From contig JABANN010000344.1 in assembly GCA_013115125.1 (NCBI GenBank), positions 1 to 37,209 on the forward strand: DNA of 37,209 nt, in the 5' to 3' direction. The position numbers were made by a program, and so were the translations under genes. This document shows positions 1-12,457 of this stretch, in pieces. Position 1 is the stretch's first letter; each line of letters begins with the position of its first letter. A model generated the notes under the pieces. That model made no database searches. It was not told where the DNA came from and saw only the letters and a list, made by a program, of their open reading frames with translations. Source of the DNA: Perkinsus olseni. Lineage: Eukaryota.

Positions 1-72
1 CGCCCGAAACGACAACATCATCTCCTGTGCGCTGCTATTTCACCTTCCGTACCTAAACGGTACTCCTCAAGA

Positions 73-175
73 CCGATTATCGAGAAACCTAAGGAGGTAA
101 CGCAAACAACTATCTATACACGAGGGGATCACACAGAGAGGGTTCGGTAGTACAGGAAACGATCACGATGAATAG
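73..175 (+). CDS. Possible 3' end of a gene entering from the left, ending ...TQRGFGSTGNDHDE* (resembles dUTPase motif V)
   Basis: The frame at 125-175 reads GITQRGFGSTGNDHDE-stop. An in-frame stop at 98-100 would need a short intron (GT at 97, AG at 123-124). Only the GFGSTG motif supports the call. Confidence 0.25.
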
Positions 176-234
176 TAGGAACAATGGGGATATACCAAAA
201 ATGCAGGAGAAGATGGTCGCTGTCGTCGAGGTAC

Positions 235-1681
235 CTAGTCAACGGCGAGGGGGATATGAGAGACACCCATGGCGTTGGTTATCATAACGCAGACCGCAAA
301 GAGGGCTACGATGGTGATGATGACGAGGGTCCTAATGGCGAGCTTTCCACTCAGTCGAGAGGCCTCCTCCTTCATCACTTTCGCGAAGATGATGCAAGGA
401 CAGGTAACGAGAAGGAGAGTTCCCAGAGACCCACCCAAGAGAGATACGACATCAGCTATGCCAGGCACCAATATGGCAATGGTCAAAGTAACCACGAGTA
501 ACACCAGTGAAATGGAGATACGGAGTACTTTCTCGCCCCGACTCTCAGAACGGAGAGCTGAGGGAAGCCTGTCACGACGTCCGAGGAGCGGTTGACGGCG
601 TGATGTCATCTCTTTCATCGACGAAATGAAGTGCACTGCAGCTCTCGCAGTCGGGTTGGTGTTGATCGGGATGGAGCACATAAGGCTGAGTGCGAGTGCC
701 AAACGACAGAGGTTGATAAGAACGTCGTCGTGAGAGTAGTTGGTGATGTAATTCTGGTGAGTAGTTCCCAAGAAGCTGAGGTAACCGGACACACCGATGA
801 GGACGTAAAAGCCCAACTGCAACGTAGCCACTCTGAAACTGACCTGGAAGCATCTTTTTGGTGTGGGGTCCACGAGCTCGTTGGCAACGGGAACGACATT
901 AGTATGGCAGATGTAGGCGAAGAGGGTGATGGTCAGACACTTTAGGAGAGGCCACCCGAAACTGGCGAGGCTGACCGGAAGATCCTCTGGGAGAATCTCC
1001 GCGCGGCCAGGCGCTTCAATAAGGGTGCAAATTGCCGTAAAGATGAGGGCGGCTGTCGATATCGGTGTCACATGTCGTAGAACAGAAAGCTTCTCTGGAA
1101 GGACCAGTGGAATAGCTACGACCGCAACCAGAATTATGCAGAATGTGCGGGAGACGTTAACACCAATCCAAGCAAACAACGCGGGTAGGAAGTCGCCTTC
1201 TAGGATGAGGTAGGCAGTCATCGTACCCATGCCATAGAAGAACATAATGGCGTCCATGAGGGCCGCTGCCCAGCGACCGCAGCAGCTGCCTAGTAAGGAG
1301 CCATAGGAGCCTCGGCCTGTCCTCTGGGCTGACTCCATGAGAAGGTACATAGTGAGGACGGCTATGGCGGCAGAGATAACTAATAATAAAACACCGTTGA
1401 TGATACCCGCCTGAGAAAAGCTGCGATGAATCGATGGAAAACCGGAGCGAAAGCGGGCGCACCTGTTTCATGACGTAAGGCAGGCAGAGGACACCACCAC
1501 CCATCGATGTTGAGATTAAAGTAAACATCGACTGAGTGACGCCGCCAGGGGTGAGCTTGAAGGATCTCCTTTTCTTCTGAGAAGCTCCTTGACGGCTCAG
1601 ATCAGGTGTGGCCCTGGTCGCCACGCTCTCTTCTGATCCGAGACGCTGGTACACGGGCTTACTCTCGGGCACTGCCGGCAT
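235..1681 (-). CDS. Amino acid transporter (Aa_trans/AAAP, SLC38-like), 2 exons
   Basis: ATG at 1681 (MPAVPESK...), motif FTLISTSMGGGVLCLPYVMKQ, GT-AG intron 1411-1462, then a multi-TM ORF with FAYICHTNVVPV and GYLSF motifs to the stop at 235. Confidence 0.92.
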
Positions 1682-2072
1682 TTGATGAGGCAAGAGACGA
1701 ACAAGCAACTGCTGAAAGTTAAGCTAGGTACGACGACGAAGAAAAAAAGTACACAATAACACAAGACACGCAAGTTGAAACCGTTGAGACCCTGGGGGGC
1801 TTGCGTCAGTGAAATCGTACGACAGCTAAGCTCTTTGCTTCTAATGAATCTACGTCAAATGTCGCGGCTGATTCTCCACGTCTTTCTAAGAAGACCCGAC
1901 CACTAAAAAATTCTATCATCACCACCGCCATACGCAGGTAGGCCGACGTCGTAGGTGACCGCGCAGTTGAATTACTTGACGATGGAAGGGGGAACTAACG
2001 ATAGACAAGCATGGGTAGAGAGCACAGGTTAGCTCGGAAAAATGATCCAAACCGGTACGATCAGTTGGTAGA

Positions 2073-3621
2073 CTAGTTCACGGTCAAGGGGAGATGAGTA
2101 ATCCTCATAGCGTTAGTAACCATCAGACCGACAGCTGTCATAGCCACCACGGCTGCGACTGTCAGAGACCATACCACAACTTGCCCTAAAACTGTCCTGG
2201 ATTCGGTCTTCATGATGGTTGTAAAGATATAGAGTGGGCATATGATCATGATAATAGTACCGAGGGACCCGCCTAGCAAAGAGACAACATCGGCCACACC
2301 TGGCACCAAAATCCCGACCGTCAAGGTAACGGCCAAAACCAGGAAACTGAAGAATATCCTCATCGCTCTCGCCCCGTAAGTCTCCTCGTTGGCCGAGGAC
2401 ATCACCCGCCTTCTCGTAGGGAGGAGCTGATCTCCTCCAGAGACGGCCATGAGCTCTCTGATTGATTGGAAAAAATGTACCGCGGCCTTGGCAGTCGGAT
2501 TGGTGTTTATCGGGAGGGAAAACAGAAGACTACACGAAAGGGAGAGTCGACATAGACTGATGAGGATGTCGCCGGGAGGGTAATTAGTAATGTAGTTTTG
2601 GTTCGTCAGGTGGGAGAAACTGATGTACCCGGCGACGCCGATGACGATGTAGAACGACAGTTGAACGAATGCTACTCGAGAAGTCACCTTCAGGACTCTG
2701 GCGGGAGTTGGGTCGACAAGCTCTCCGGCGACCGGCACGACATTCATGTGGCAGATGTAGGCGAAGAGGGTGATGGTGAAGGACTTCAGCAGCGGCCACC
2801 CGAAGAGGGCCAAGTCCATCGGAGCTTGTGGGGGAAGCATAGTAGACTGTCCGCGAGCCTTCATCATCGTGATGGCAGCTGTCAGAATGAGGGAGAATGT
2901 AGCCACTGGTGAGACGTACTGGAGAGCCGACAAACGGCGAGGGAGCACAAACGGCACCGCGAATGCTGCGGCACCGACCATGCAGATGGTGCGACTGGCT
3001 CCAGGTACCCCGACCAATTCAAAGAGGGCAGGGAGAAAATCGCCAAGCAGTATGAAGTAGGCGATGACCGCGCCCATGCCGTAGAAAAATAGCACGACAT
3101 CCAGCACTGGAGCCACCCACTTCCCTGCACAGTAGCCCAGGAGCGAGCCGTAGGAATGCTTGTTGACTCTGATGGCACACATGATGAGGATGTACATCGT
3201 GACGAAGGCGATGAGCGAGGATATGCTCAAGAGAAGCACTCCGTTGATGAGACCAACCTGAGCAAAATGGGTTGGTCCTGGGTGGAACGACGACCGACGG
3301 TCTCACACGCGAAATCGACGAGTCATAAGCTGACGATAAACGGCGAATCCCGAGAAGCTGAGAATCACTAACCCGACAAGAGACTATTGCCACTACCTGT
3401 TTCATAACGTACGGCAAGCAGAGCACTCCACCTCCCATCGCCGTGGAGATGAGCGTGAATGTAGACTGCCTGATGCCTCCCGCAGTGAGCGGAGCGAAGG
3501 ATCTCTGCACGAAGCCCTGACGATAGGGTACAGGGCTGGCCGAGGAGGAGAAGTCCAATGGAGGGGCATTAACCGCCGATGGATCGAGAAGTCGAGTAGA
3601 CATTCCCTTTGCTGATTCCAT
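2073..3621 (-). CDS. Amino acid transporter (Aa_trans/AAAP), tandem paralog, 2 exons
   Basis: Same motifs (FTLISTAMGGGVLCLPYVMKQ; FAYICHMNVVPV). Intron 3258-3396 lies at the same codon as in the neighbouring paralog. Confidence 0.92.
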
Positions 3622-3865
3622 ACTCGGAGGAGGCTAGTAAAACTGCGTATGGCCGTATGGCAATGAAAATTTGTCATCGTTTCGGTGTCGATGCAAAAAG
3701 CGCGCGCCCGAGTGATCGGACAAGACGCGCATCTTATTGTGCTTCACGACGACAGTGTAGCAAGGCAGGAGCTTCGCTTGGGCGACTTGTAACACAACAG
3801 GCTGATGGGCATGCCAATATGGTGATGATACACTTCTTAAAAAGACGATGATTTTCCCCATGATG

Positions 3866-3921
3866 TTGCTACTGCTACTGCAACCCACAATACTGAAGCT
3901 GCTGCTGCTGCAGCTGCTGCT
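3866..3921. repeat. Imperfect CTG/CTA trinucleotide microsatellite
   Basis: tgctactgctactgc ... gctgctgctgctgcagctgctgct, between transporter 2 and the F-box gene. Confidence 0.6.
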
Positions 3922-4135
3922 ATCCGCAGTTACACACAGTCAAAGTAACCGCATCGAAAACAAGTAACTCCAATCTACACACTTTTCCTCGAGTGATGAT
4001 GAACTGCAAGCAGCAAGAGCCTGCGCACGGCGCCGGCGCCAGCGGAGCGATACCAGCAAGTGGCCACATCGAAGTCGTCGTCGTCGTCAGACAGATGACA
4101 GTCAACTCGGCGAATAATCGAAAACAAACGTCGTA

Positions 4136-5203
4136 TTAATTCAAATGGTGCTCCTGCAAGATATGACCACCGACCCCTTCATCATCATCCGAAGCGTCCG
4201 AAAGATACTCCCAGCCGTCGGTGGATTCCCAGTCCAATGGCTGCCATCCATCCTCGCTCATCACAGGTGGCTCGAGTGAGCTTCTCTTCGGGGCTCTCGG
4301 AGGGCAGTAGACCCCAAGTCTTCTAATAACAACATGATAGATACCGTTATCGCGGAAAGCTATACAGGGCGTCACATGCTCGCCCTGAACCCAGGAGAGG
4401 TCTGTGACAACACCAGTGCACTCCCAGGGCGAACCGGGCAGTCTGCGGTAGAACGTCAGACCCTCACGATTCAGCAGCATCCCCATCAGCCCCTCGAATC
4501 GTGTAAGCACCAGCGAGCTCTTCGGTTGAAGCTGTTGTATCTGCGCCAAAGGTTGCCGATAGGAGCCACGGACCTTTCTCGGGTTCTCCTGAATCTTAGA
4601 TTCTTTAATTACAGCTCCGGTGTCCGGCGAAAAGGTTACACTGCTCTTTCCACCAGAATCGAAATCGACGCAGGCCAGGCTAAGATTGTCAGCGTTTTTC
4701 TGGACAAGCACTTCTAAATAGATACCATTGCCGCCGCACGACCTCAAACAGTCAACCTCGATGCGGGCAGAAAGATACGCCACATGATCTCTATCATCGA
4801 CGAACGTCATAGTAGGTCGGTCAGTCTCTCTGAAGGTCTTAGAGAAAGCATTGAAGAGCTTGTAGCGGGACTTCCAGTCCACGCTGACTCGCTTCGCCGT
4901 CGTCTCTCCGCACTTGCCGACCAGGAAAGATTCCCCGCTCTGAAGCTGACCATGGAAGATATGAGCACCCAGCTCACGCCAAAGATTTAAGGTCCGGCAC
5001 TTCCGCCGTGCCTCCTTGCAAGACGTCTCGAATGCCGCCAAGTCCTTGGGTCCGAGGCTCCTGAGGACGTGCAGGAGAACTCCCTCAGGGAGGTCGAGGA
5101 GTGGCAGACCGCCGATACGCCCTCTCTTGGCAACGCGCCTTGTAGTGCCAACAGGCTTCTTACGGCGGACGCGCAGGGCAGCGGCTGACGGCGGGGGTGC
5201 CAT
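4136..5203 (-). CDS. F-box domain protein, intronless; C-terminal part possibly a SPRY-like beta-sandwich
   Basis: Long ORF with first ATG at 5203. F-box-like LLDLPEGVLLHVLRSLGPKDLAAFETSCKEAR, basic N-terminus and acidic tail. The SPRY-like call rests on resemblance only. Confidence 0.75.
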   Translation of the reverse strand: MAPPPSAAALRVRRKKPVGTTRRVAKRGRIGGLPLLDLPEGVLLHVLRSLGPKDLAAFETSCKEARRKCRTLNLWRELGAHIFHGQLQSGESFLVGKCGETTAKRVSVDWKSRYKLFNAFSKTFRETDRPTMTFVDDRDHVAYLSARIEVDCLRSCGGNGIYLEVLVQKNADNLSLACVDFDSGGKSSVTFSPDTGAVIKESKIQENPRKVRGSYRQPLAQIQQLQPKSSLVLTRFEGLMGMLLNREGLTFYRRLPGSPWECTGVVTDLSWVQGEHVTPCIAFRDNGIYHVVIRRLGVYCPPRAPKRSSLEPPVMSEDGWQPLDWESTDGWEYLSDASDDDEGVGGHILQEHHLN

Positions 5204-5378
5204 GTGGAATGACAACGAACGAGCAGCGAGCGAGGGGTCGCCAACAGCAGCAGCAGCAGCCGGCCCTGCAAGTAACAGTATGGATAGAAATCAAATGGCT
5301 ATATTGCACGTAATGGGGCATCTAATGATATGGACAGCAGGTGGGAGCGATAGCATGGTACGTAATATGCACGCCAAA

Positions 5379-6995
5379 TCACGTTAGGGCATCCTCCTCC
5401 TCCTCCTCATCCCCGTCTTTCTCCTCAGGATAATCCAGAGGCTGATAGAGAGGGACCATGGGCCCACTTCGGCCAGTCGGACCTCCTACATCCGAAAGAT
5501 CATCAGCGTCAACTCCACCACCTGGTCGAGCGTACGCCGGTGTGTTGTCTAATACCTGTCAATGACGGCGGTCAATTAGAGTGGCGTATCTTAACGCACC
5601 TCGAAGAGCCATTGCTGAGAAATCTCCCCTTCCTCGAGACCATTGCCGCTCCGTATCCACTCCGCTAAGCCATCCAATTCGCCTTTACTCCGCAAGAGGA
5701 AGCCAAAGCACATCGACGAGTTGAGCCGAGACCAACCGAGCTGGACAGAAGGCCGCTCGTCACAAGGCCCTCGCCCTGGGGGGAGGGAAGCACTACACTG
5801 TGGGGCTTCAGTTGATGTATGCAAGTCCCTTCCTGTATCCGGTCGGGGTCTGTCAGAGCCGGCTGAGTGGCTAGGTGCGGGTCCAAATAGTAGAGCTGAA
5901 AGGAATCCTAGGTTGCAGGCAGACGATGGCGGGAAAGGTGACCCCTCCCGTCCACGCCGCCACGAAATAGAGTGCGCTGGTGGTCGACTCCCCGCTGCTG
6001 AGACCGACGAAGCCGGGTCTTCGAAAGCAAGCCAGGATGAGGGGTATGTGGCTTTGAGGGATGGTGGCGTCCTGGCCCTGACAAGAACGCCGATTGACCT
6101 AGCTATGAACGTGAGTGTCCGCTGCGAATAAGCCTTACCAGTCTGACACAGAGTAGCACCAGTACTGGGAGGGCGCCTTCCTCAGCCAGTAGCGGCTCTA
6201 CTTGATCCTTGTACAGCACTCCATCGTCGAAGGCAACACAGTGGAAGGGCACTCGAGGGGCCCGACCGGCGGCTTCGTCCTCCTCGTGAGCCGCCTTGAT
6301 AAGCCGCGATGCCACCTGTCATTCAAGTGGTAGACCAACAACGAGCGTGACCTACCATCCCTCCACTGGTCGGACCGAACCATGTGCCAGGGCGTTTGGC
6401 CAGGACCTCCTGACCCATTCTAACCATACGATGCAGCGATAGCGGCGCTGATGGATCGTCCAAGAAGAGGCTCAGTACGGCACTAGTGTCAGCAGCATCT
6501 GCATGCCATAAAGTGACTCCCTCTAGAAAGTACAATCCGCTACCTTTTCCATCAGCAGTTTTCTTAGCCTCTCGGACGGCCTGGGCCAACAGCATTTGAG
6601 TGGCGCGTATCTGCGACGTCACCATCGACTGCCACCATGCATCAGTCGTTCGATGAGCCCTACGGCGCACCCCCAACCCTTGTCGCTGACGCTGGCCGGG
6701 CCTGTACAACCTTCGATGGGCTTGAACCCACTCCGGTAAGTGAAGAGGATGACGTTCACGTAGGAATGATACAAAGGACTCTCTTCTGGGGGCGGAGCGA
6801 TGCCGTCATCATCCATCAGTGGCGGCGAGTAGGTGTGGCCTGAGAGAAACAGATCGTCTTAAAACGAGCGAGGGAAGGCCTCAGAGTACCGAGCATGTGG
6901 ACGTCTTCAGTCAGCGGGAGTTTGAAGGGCATCAGCCAGGTTTGCAAGGAGTGGAAAAGGCGGGCCAGGGTCGGGGCGAAATTGTCGAATGCCAT
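5379..6995 (-). CDS. ATG4: Autophagy cysteine protease ATG4 (peptidase C54), multi-exon
   Basis: The spliced reading gives FTYRSGFKPI, SDKGWGCA|IRATQMLLAQA (catalytic Cys), KRPGTWFGPT and LDPH. ATG at 6995, acidic tail ending at TGA 5379. Confidence 0.9.
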
Positions 6996-7233
6996 GGGGA
7001 CGGCTCGACAGGGTAATTGCCTGAATGAGCTCGAATCTGCAGTCTGAGACTCCCAGCCCGCAAATATCTTCTCCTAAACCGTGCAAGATACGAATTAGGT
7101 CAGATTTTGACAATGAGAACGGGCAGCACGCGTGAAAGCCATCTCCGGATCGTGGACACTTCGTGCTGAGCGAGTATTTCCAACTCAACGCAGCATTACC
7201 TACTGAGCCATCATACGGTATGGGGTTATGGCC

Positions 7234-9626
7234 ATGACCCCAAGCTCTCGGCGGCCTCCCGGCGGCTTCCTACGAGAAGTACGCATGCCGCCGATTCGTC
7301 GCGCGCCCTGAAATTATGCGCCGAACCCGAGGAGCAAGATCCGGGGGAAACTATCGTCCTTTAGTTTGTTGCATCAGAAGTCCAGTTCTCTCCCCAGCAG
7401 AATGACAACCGGCCCCAGCGTGGAAGACCAGGTGATGGCGATGGTCAGCATCGCCGATAAGAGAGTTCGTGCCATGAACGAGGTCAGCGGACGACGATCA
7501 TGTTCCGCTTCATCTTGTTTTTGCTTTCAGACCGCTGCTGAAGCTGACTTCGAAAGTGCCCCGACGCCAAGGCTTTGGAGCAAAGACAGTAGGCCGTCTG
7601 CCACCTGATGATTTGCGATGACACCTACTTTTCAGTGCCTAACATGAAGGTCGGAGCGGTGGTCAATGTCGGCTCTGCGCTGGAGGAGACCCTCACGGAG
7701 GAGTAGCAGGACCTCTGAGGGAGTTTCTTCTTTGCATTGTCGTTCGTGCCAGGTATTTCAGCAAGCTATTGAGCGGCGGTGCTTCTGTCATCGTGTTGGA
7801 CACCACCAAGGGAGTTTTCACTGAGGGAGGTAGTATCCACGAGGGCCTTTGCGCCGCTATCTACTGACGTGCCTGTGGTCTCCCCAGTCAACCCTCAAGC
7901 CTTGGTGGACAAGCTCAACATGTGCGTACAGAAAATCAGTGAGTCACCACGGCAATCCGCCTGCCCGGTGTGGGAGATGTACTTCTCAGGAGCTGCAGGG
8001 AAGGGCAGCGGGGTCAATCGTCCCTTCTCACTCGCCCTGTCTGTGGGGAACAATGAGCTGGCTAAGTTGTGCGTCACTAAAGTGGCCATACCACGCGGCA
8101 TTGGTGCTGTGATCATCCCTCCGGTCCGGACTGGCGCCGAAGTGAGCATGTTCCGCAGCTCCGTGTTGGGCATGAGAGGCAGGAGGATAAAGATATTCGT
8201 AAGTCGGCCGGCGTACGACAGCTCGATACCTCGGTCTTCTTCTCTCCTGCTCGCTGGGGCAGTATTCCGCCCTTGTTCGGAATGAGCATTATTACAGCTG
8301 CTGTGTGCCAGGTCCATACTACAACTACCAAGAACATTGAGGACTTCCTCCCGACTGTTGATGGCATTGTAAGTGCTCGGCCGTGTATGCGTCGTTTGAG
8401 TGTGAGGAAGTCAGATCGTCCCGCCATTGACAGTCAACTTCCGGAGCATCTGCGCCTCTGCCAACCTGGCCGGAAAATTGGTAGGAATCTTGGGGGAACG
8501 CCTCCACCCGCAGTGCCCACAGTCTCGCGATTCAATCTCTTCCTGCTCACATCGAGCCAAGTGCGACCGTGTGGGTGCATCGTCCACCTTCCTTCGCGGT
8601 CTATAGTTGCGTTTATCGCAGTTCGGGAAGTGCTTAGTGATGATGACAGGCGCCTTTTCCGTGCAGGTCATCACAGACTGCGGTGCTTCTCCTGTCGGCA
8701 ATCTCATGGCGGCAGTATCGGTGCAGAGCGATACGGCCTTGGTGAGTCGCCTCCTCTCCCCTAGTAATTCCGATCGTGTCTTGTGTTAGCTCCCTGATGA
8801 CGCAGCAGCCCATGCGGCCGCTACCATCCACACGCTGGAGGGTCAGGTCAGTTGCCTCTCCTCCTCTCAGGGTCATCAAAACGATCGCTTCTTTTGTGGG
8901 CATCTGGGTCGTTAGAGGCCGCAATTTCGGCGCCTCTTCAGGCCTCTACAGCAGCCGTCTCCTTCTCCTGTTCTACTGGGACAAACTCTGTCGTTGGGGC
9001 GGTCGTCGAGAGGGCCATCGCAATGCAGATGGACTCAGCGAATAACACGAAACTCATAGTGGTAATTGCTCCTGCCCCTCATTAAACGTGCTGATGCCGC
9101 CGGGGTGTTTAGGCGTTTTCGGATGACGGCACTACCGCGGCGATGCTGTCCAGGATGAGACCAACCTGCAAGGTAACCTGTGGGTTTGGGATTGCCTAAT
9201 ACTTGCTTCGTGAAGATACTGGCGATGTCCGCTTCCGAGGCAGTCATCAACTTCTTCACTACACTTTGGGGCGTCGAGCCATTGCAGACGGCCAGGTGAT
9301 TGAAGGCTTGCTATCATTATTTGATCACTCTACAATTTCTTTTGATAGTTACCAGTCCGCAGAAGCTGTCATTCAGAACGTAAAGGACTTTTGCAAGGAG
9401 ACGGGCCTTGCGGCCTCCGGTGGGAGCTGCCTCCTCACGGGGTCCGCGTTCTTCAGTACCGCGCATGCTGCAAGGTACGAATCTCGTAATTGTTCGACCG
9501 ATACCATCTACGGCCACATTTGATGAGCTTGACGACTTGGACACGTTCGTCGAATTGGTGGAGGTAAGAGAGAATGGGGATGTGCTTGCTTCTTACTCGG
9601 TCAATCACTGCAGCGCGGGCATGTGA
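7234..9626 (+). CDS. Hypothetical multi-exon protein
   Basis: A run of plus-strand open segments separated by about 50-nt GT-AG introns (e.g. ...RAMNE|TAAEADFES..., ...YQSAEAVIQNVKDFCKETG..., ...ENGDVLASYSVNHCSAGM*). No family recognised; start and exon chain are uncertain. Confidence 0.5.
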
Positions 9627-9786
9627 GATCGTTTCCTGGTCGCCACGAGTCTCCCGAATCCCATCCCTTCCGGCGATGGAATGCTTGTGATGACGCCCTC
9701 TCTCAGGTTTGATTTGAGTTACCTGGCCTCGGGCCAATCGATTTTTATTTAAGACGTTGAGAGCTAGGGGATAGTCGTGCGCGGGG

Positions 9787-12120
9787 ATGTCGGCTGTTCC
9801 TGGGGAGTCAGTCATATTTTCAAGATTTTGGCGACTGGTAGTAGTTGTGTTGGAGTGTCGCTCCAGGAGTGCGGGCTTGAGCAGGCAGGGCACTGCACGG
9901 AATGCCAGGGAAGTGCTGAGGGGTTCCCTTCACAGTTATTCGTACATGATTCCTTCCTCCCGCAGCATAACGTCACTGAGCAGGACGGCGGTGGTGATCG
10001 GCAGTCGAGCGAGGCAACAGCCGCCGAGGACTGTCTCTCAGCAGCGGAACAACTCCTCGTTTATCAGACAGGTAAAGGGCGGACGAACTTCTCCTTTGGC
10101 GCGAGCGTAGATGATGTAGGTGATGGAGCAAGTACGGCGCGAGGCGGAGAGCGACCCGAAGTTGAAGAAGGCCTTCGAAGAAGTAGAGAAGACGGCGTCT
10201 CGGGTAGTGCTGGAAGGCTGACGTCGCCGGCGGAGGGATCTGGCAGGCGCTGTTCAGGTGACGGAGACGAATGAGCAGCTGCGAGCTCGGGCAGATGCCC
10301 AGGAGGCGAAATTAGCGGCGATGCGCGAGAAGATGCAAAGCGCGAAGTGAGATCGAGAAGAGTGTGCGAGGAGGGAATAGAGTTTCAGGGATCGCACCAA
10401 GAGTCTGTACGAGGAGTTGCGGAAGCACATGCCTGAAGGAGGAACTCCGGAGGCTGGGGAGGCTGCTAAGCGTGAGCTGTCTGGGAGTGTTGGGTAGGGG
10501 AGCCATGGTGAAGTTGTAGGCACGACGCCTGAGTGGATGAAGCCTGTGCTGGAGCAGCTGTCAATGGCGAGCGCCAGGGCACGGGAGGCGACTTCGACGG
10601 TGAGAGGGTCGTGGGGATGGGAAGACAGCGAATAAGATGGTTGCTTGTTAGCTAGTGGACAAGGCAAGCGGATTCACCAGGATGATGGATAAGGAGAGTT
10701 CGCAGGGAGTGGAGGAGAGGCTTAAGCAGTTCCAACGGGCTCAGGCGGTAGGCAGCCTGGTCGTCTGTGTTTTCTTTGACGCCATGCTCACCTCTAGGCG
10801 ATGCGCGACTTGGAGAAGGATAAGGAGATGCGGGAAAAGGCGGCCGAGGACCCCACAGTACTCCGGTTTGTCGTGTAAAATCGGTGAGCGTGCAATTGCA
10901 GGCGGAACCCCTTCCGGAGAATCCACACGGCTCGGCACTAGTGGTTTCGGAGCGAGCTCAGTCGACCTGGGAACGGTTCGGCTTCACGTCGAGTGAGGAC
11001 TCGAGATTCCTCGGCGGATTTTTCGAGAATCCGATGGTCGACAGGTGGGTGGGCTTGGTGGTGCTAGCTTAATACTGGAGTTAGGATTTTCGGAGAGACG
11101 GAGATCGCTCAATCGATAAGGGAGATGAAGGAGACGGACCCGAACTTCCGACTGTCGCAGATGGCAGAGGATATCGAGCATGTGGTGGCTCCTAGAATCA
11201 TCCGATGGTATCTAGAGGTAGTGATCGGGGTAGCTCCACAACGCTTGTGACGAGATGGGCTTCCTGTGAGAGATGGGGATATTCGAAAGGATCTCATCTG
11301 TAGTCTGATTGATTGAGATGTGGCAGGCATCGTCAGGGTTGCCTGCAGTGCTCAGTGTTCTGTAGGGTGATGTGGAACGACTGGAGGCCCATTGTGGAGA
11401 GGCTGCCTTCGCCGCCGTGAATGCCTCTGTTAATGCACGCCATACGCAGAAGCTGACATTGGATACGAATATATTGCAGGTGAGTGTATGGACTGGTTCC
11501 TCGGCGGGCGGCTTGCAATTTATTTCTGGCTTCCTGCTAGCCCCCAATGGATGTTGAACTGAAGGGAGCCAAGACGGCCTCGGAGGTCGATTCGCCCTGC
11601 TTCATTTTTACCTTCTCGACGCAGCAAGTCAACTGCCTGCGGAATGAGTTTGGTAGGAACGGCGCTCATCTCTGGCTTTGAGCCGCTACCTCAGGAGAGG
11701 TTGTTGAAGGGGCGGTTGATGACATCAGGCGTGTCTTCTATGCTATGGCCGTCCAGAAGCATCCCGAGCCTGAGTCACGGGTAGGCATTGGTTAAGTGGA
11801 CTTGGTAATCACGTGCTCGTCTGTGGCGACTCGGCAGTTTAGGATAAGGTGACTGCCATTATGCTTTGGGAGCAATGAATTTGTGTTCGATGTTGGTATC
11901 CCCGGCCTAACAGTTTCACCGTGCTAGAGACAACAGACGCGATTGACGGCCATTCGCAGATCGTTCTCTCCTCGGGCGCAACAGTTTGGCGCTTGGCCCG
12001 TCGGTTCTCTTTTCGCTGCCTGCAAGCCAAGTTGATGCCTGCGCTACTCCTCTTCAGGACCTAGAGCATCCTTGGCGAATACAGGAGCTAGCCATCATAG
12101 GCAACCAGCCATCCTGGTGA
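9787..12120 (+). CDS. TIM44: Mitochondrial import inner membrane translocase subunit Tim44, multi-exon
   Basis: Coiled-coil N-half, then a Tim44 domain: EMKETDPNF, HCGEAAFAAVNASVNAR, FIFTFSTQQVNCLRNEFG|EVVEGAVDDIRRVFYAMAVQ, final exon DLEHPWRIQELAIIGNQPSW*. Confidence 0.9.
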
Positions 12121-12457
12121 CATCAGATGTGAGTCCGTCTGGGGGCTGCGAGTTGTGCCATGCTCGGTGGTCTAGTCAGTTTTTCCTTGGCAAACACTTT
12201 ACCGAAGTAGAAGGTGCTGATGCAGCAGCTGCCTTTCAACGTAGTTTAACCACCGTTTCAGATTTTATGCTAAGATGAGCGTGTAGAGTTCGGGCCTGCT
12301 CGAGGGGTGTTCGATTGAGGTAGTCAGACTTCCGTATTAGTTCTGACGCTGGAACGATAGAAGTTGGTCTCCACGTGTCACGCTCACCGGCTGGCCACAA
12401 CGAACGAAGGCCTGCATCGGTAACGGAGATAATCACGGGTCCTTGTTGGTTTTAGCA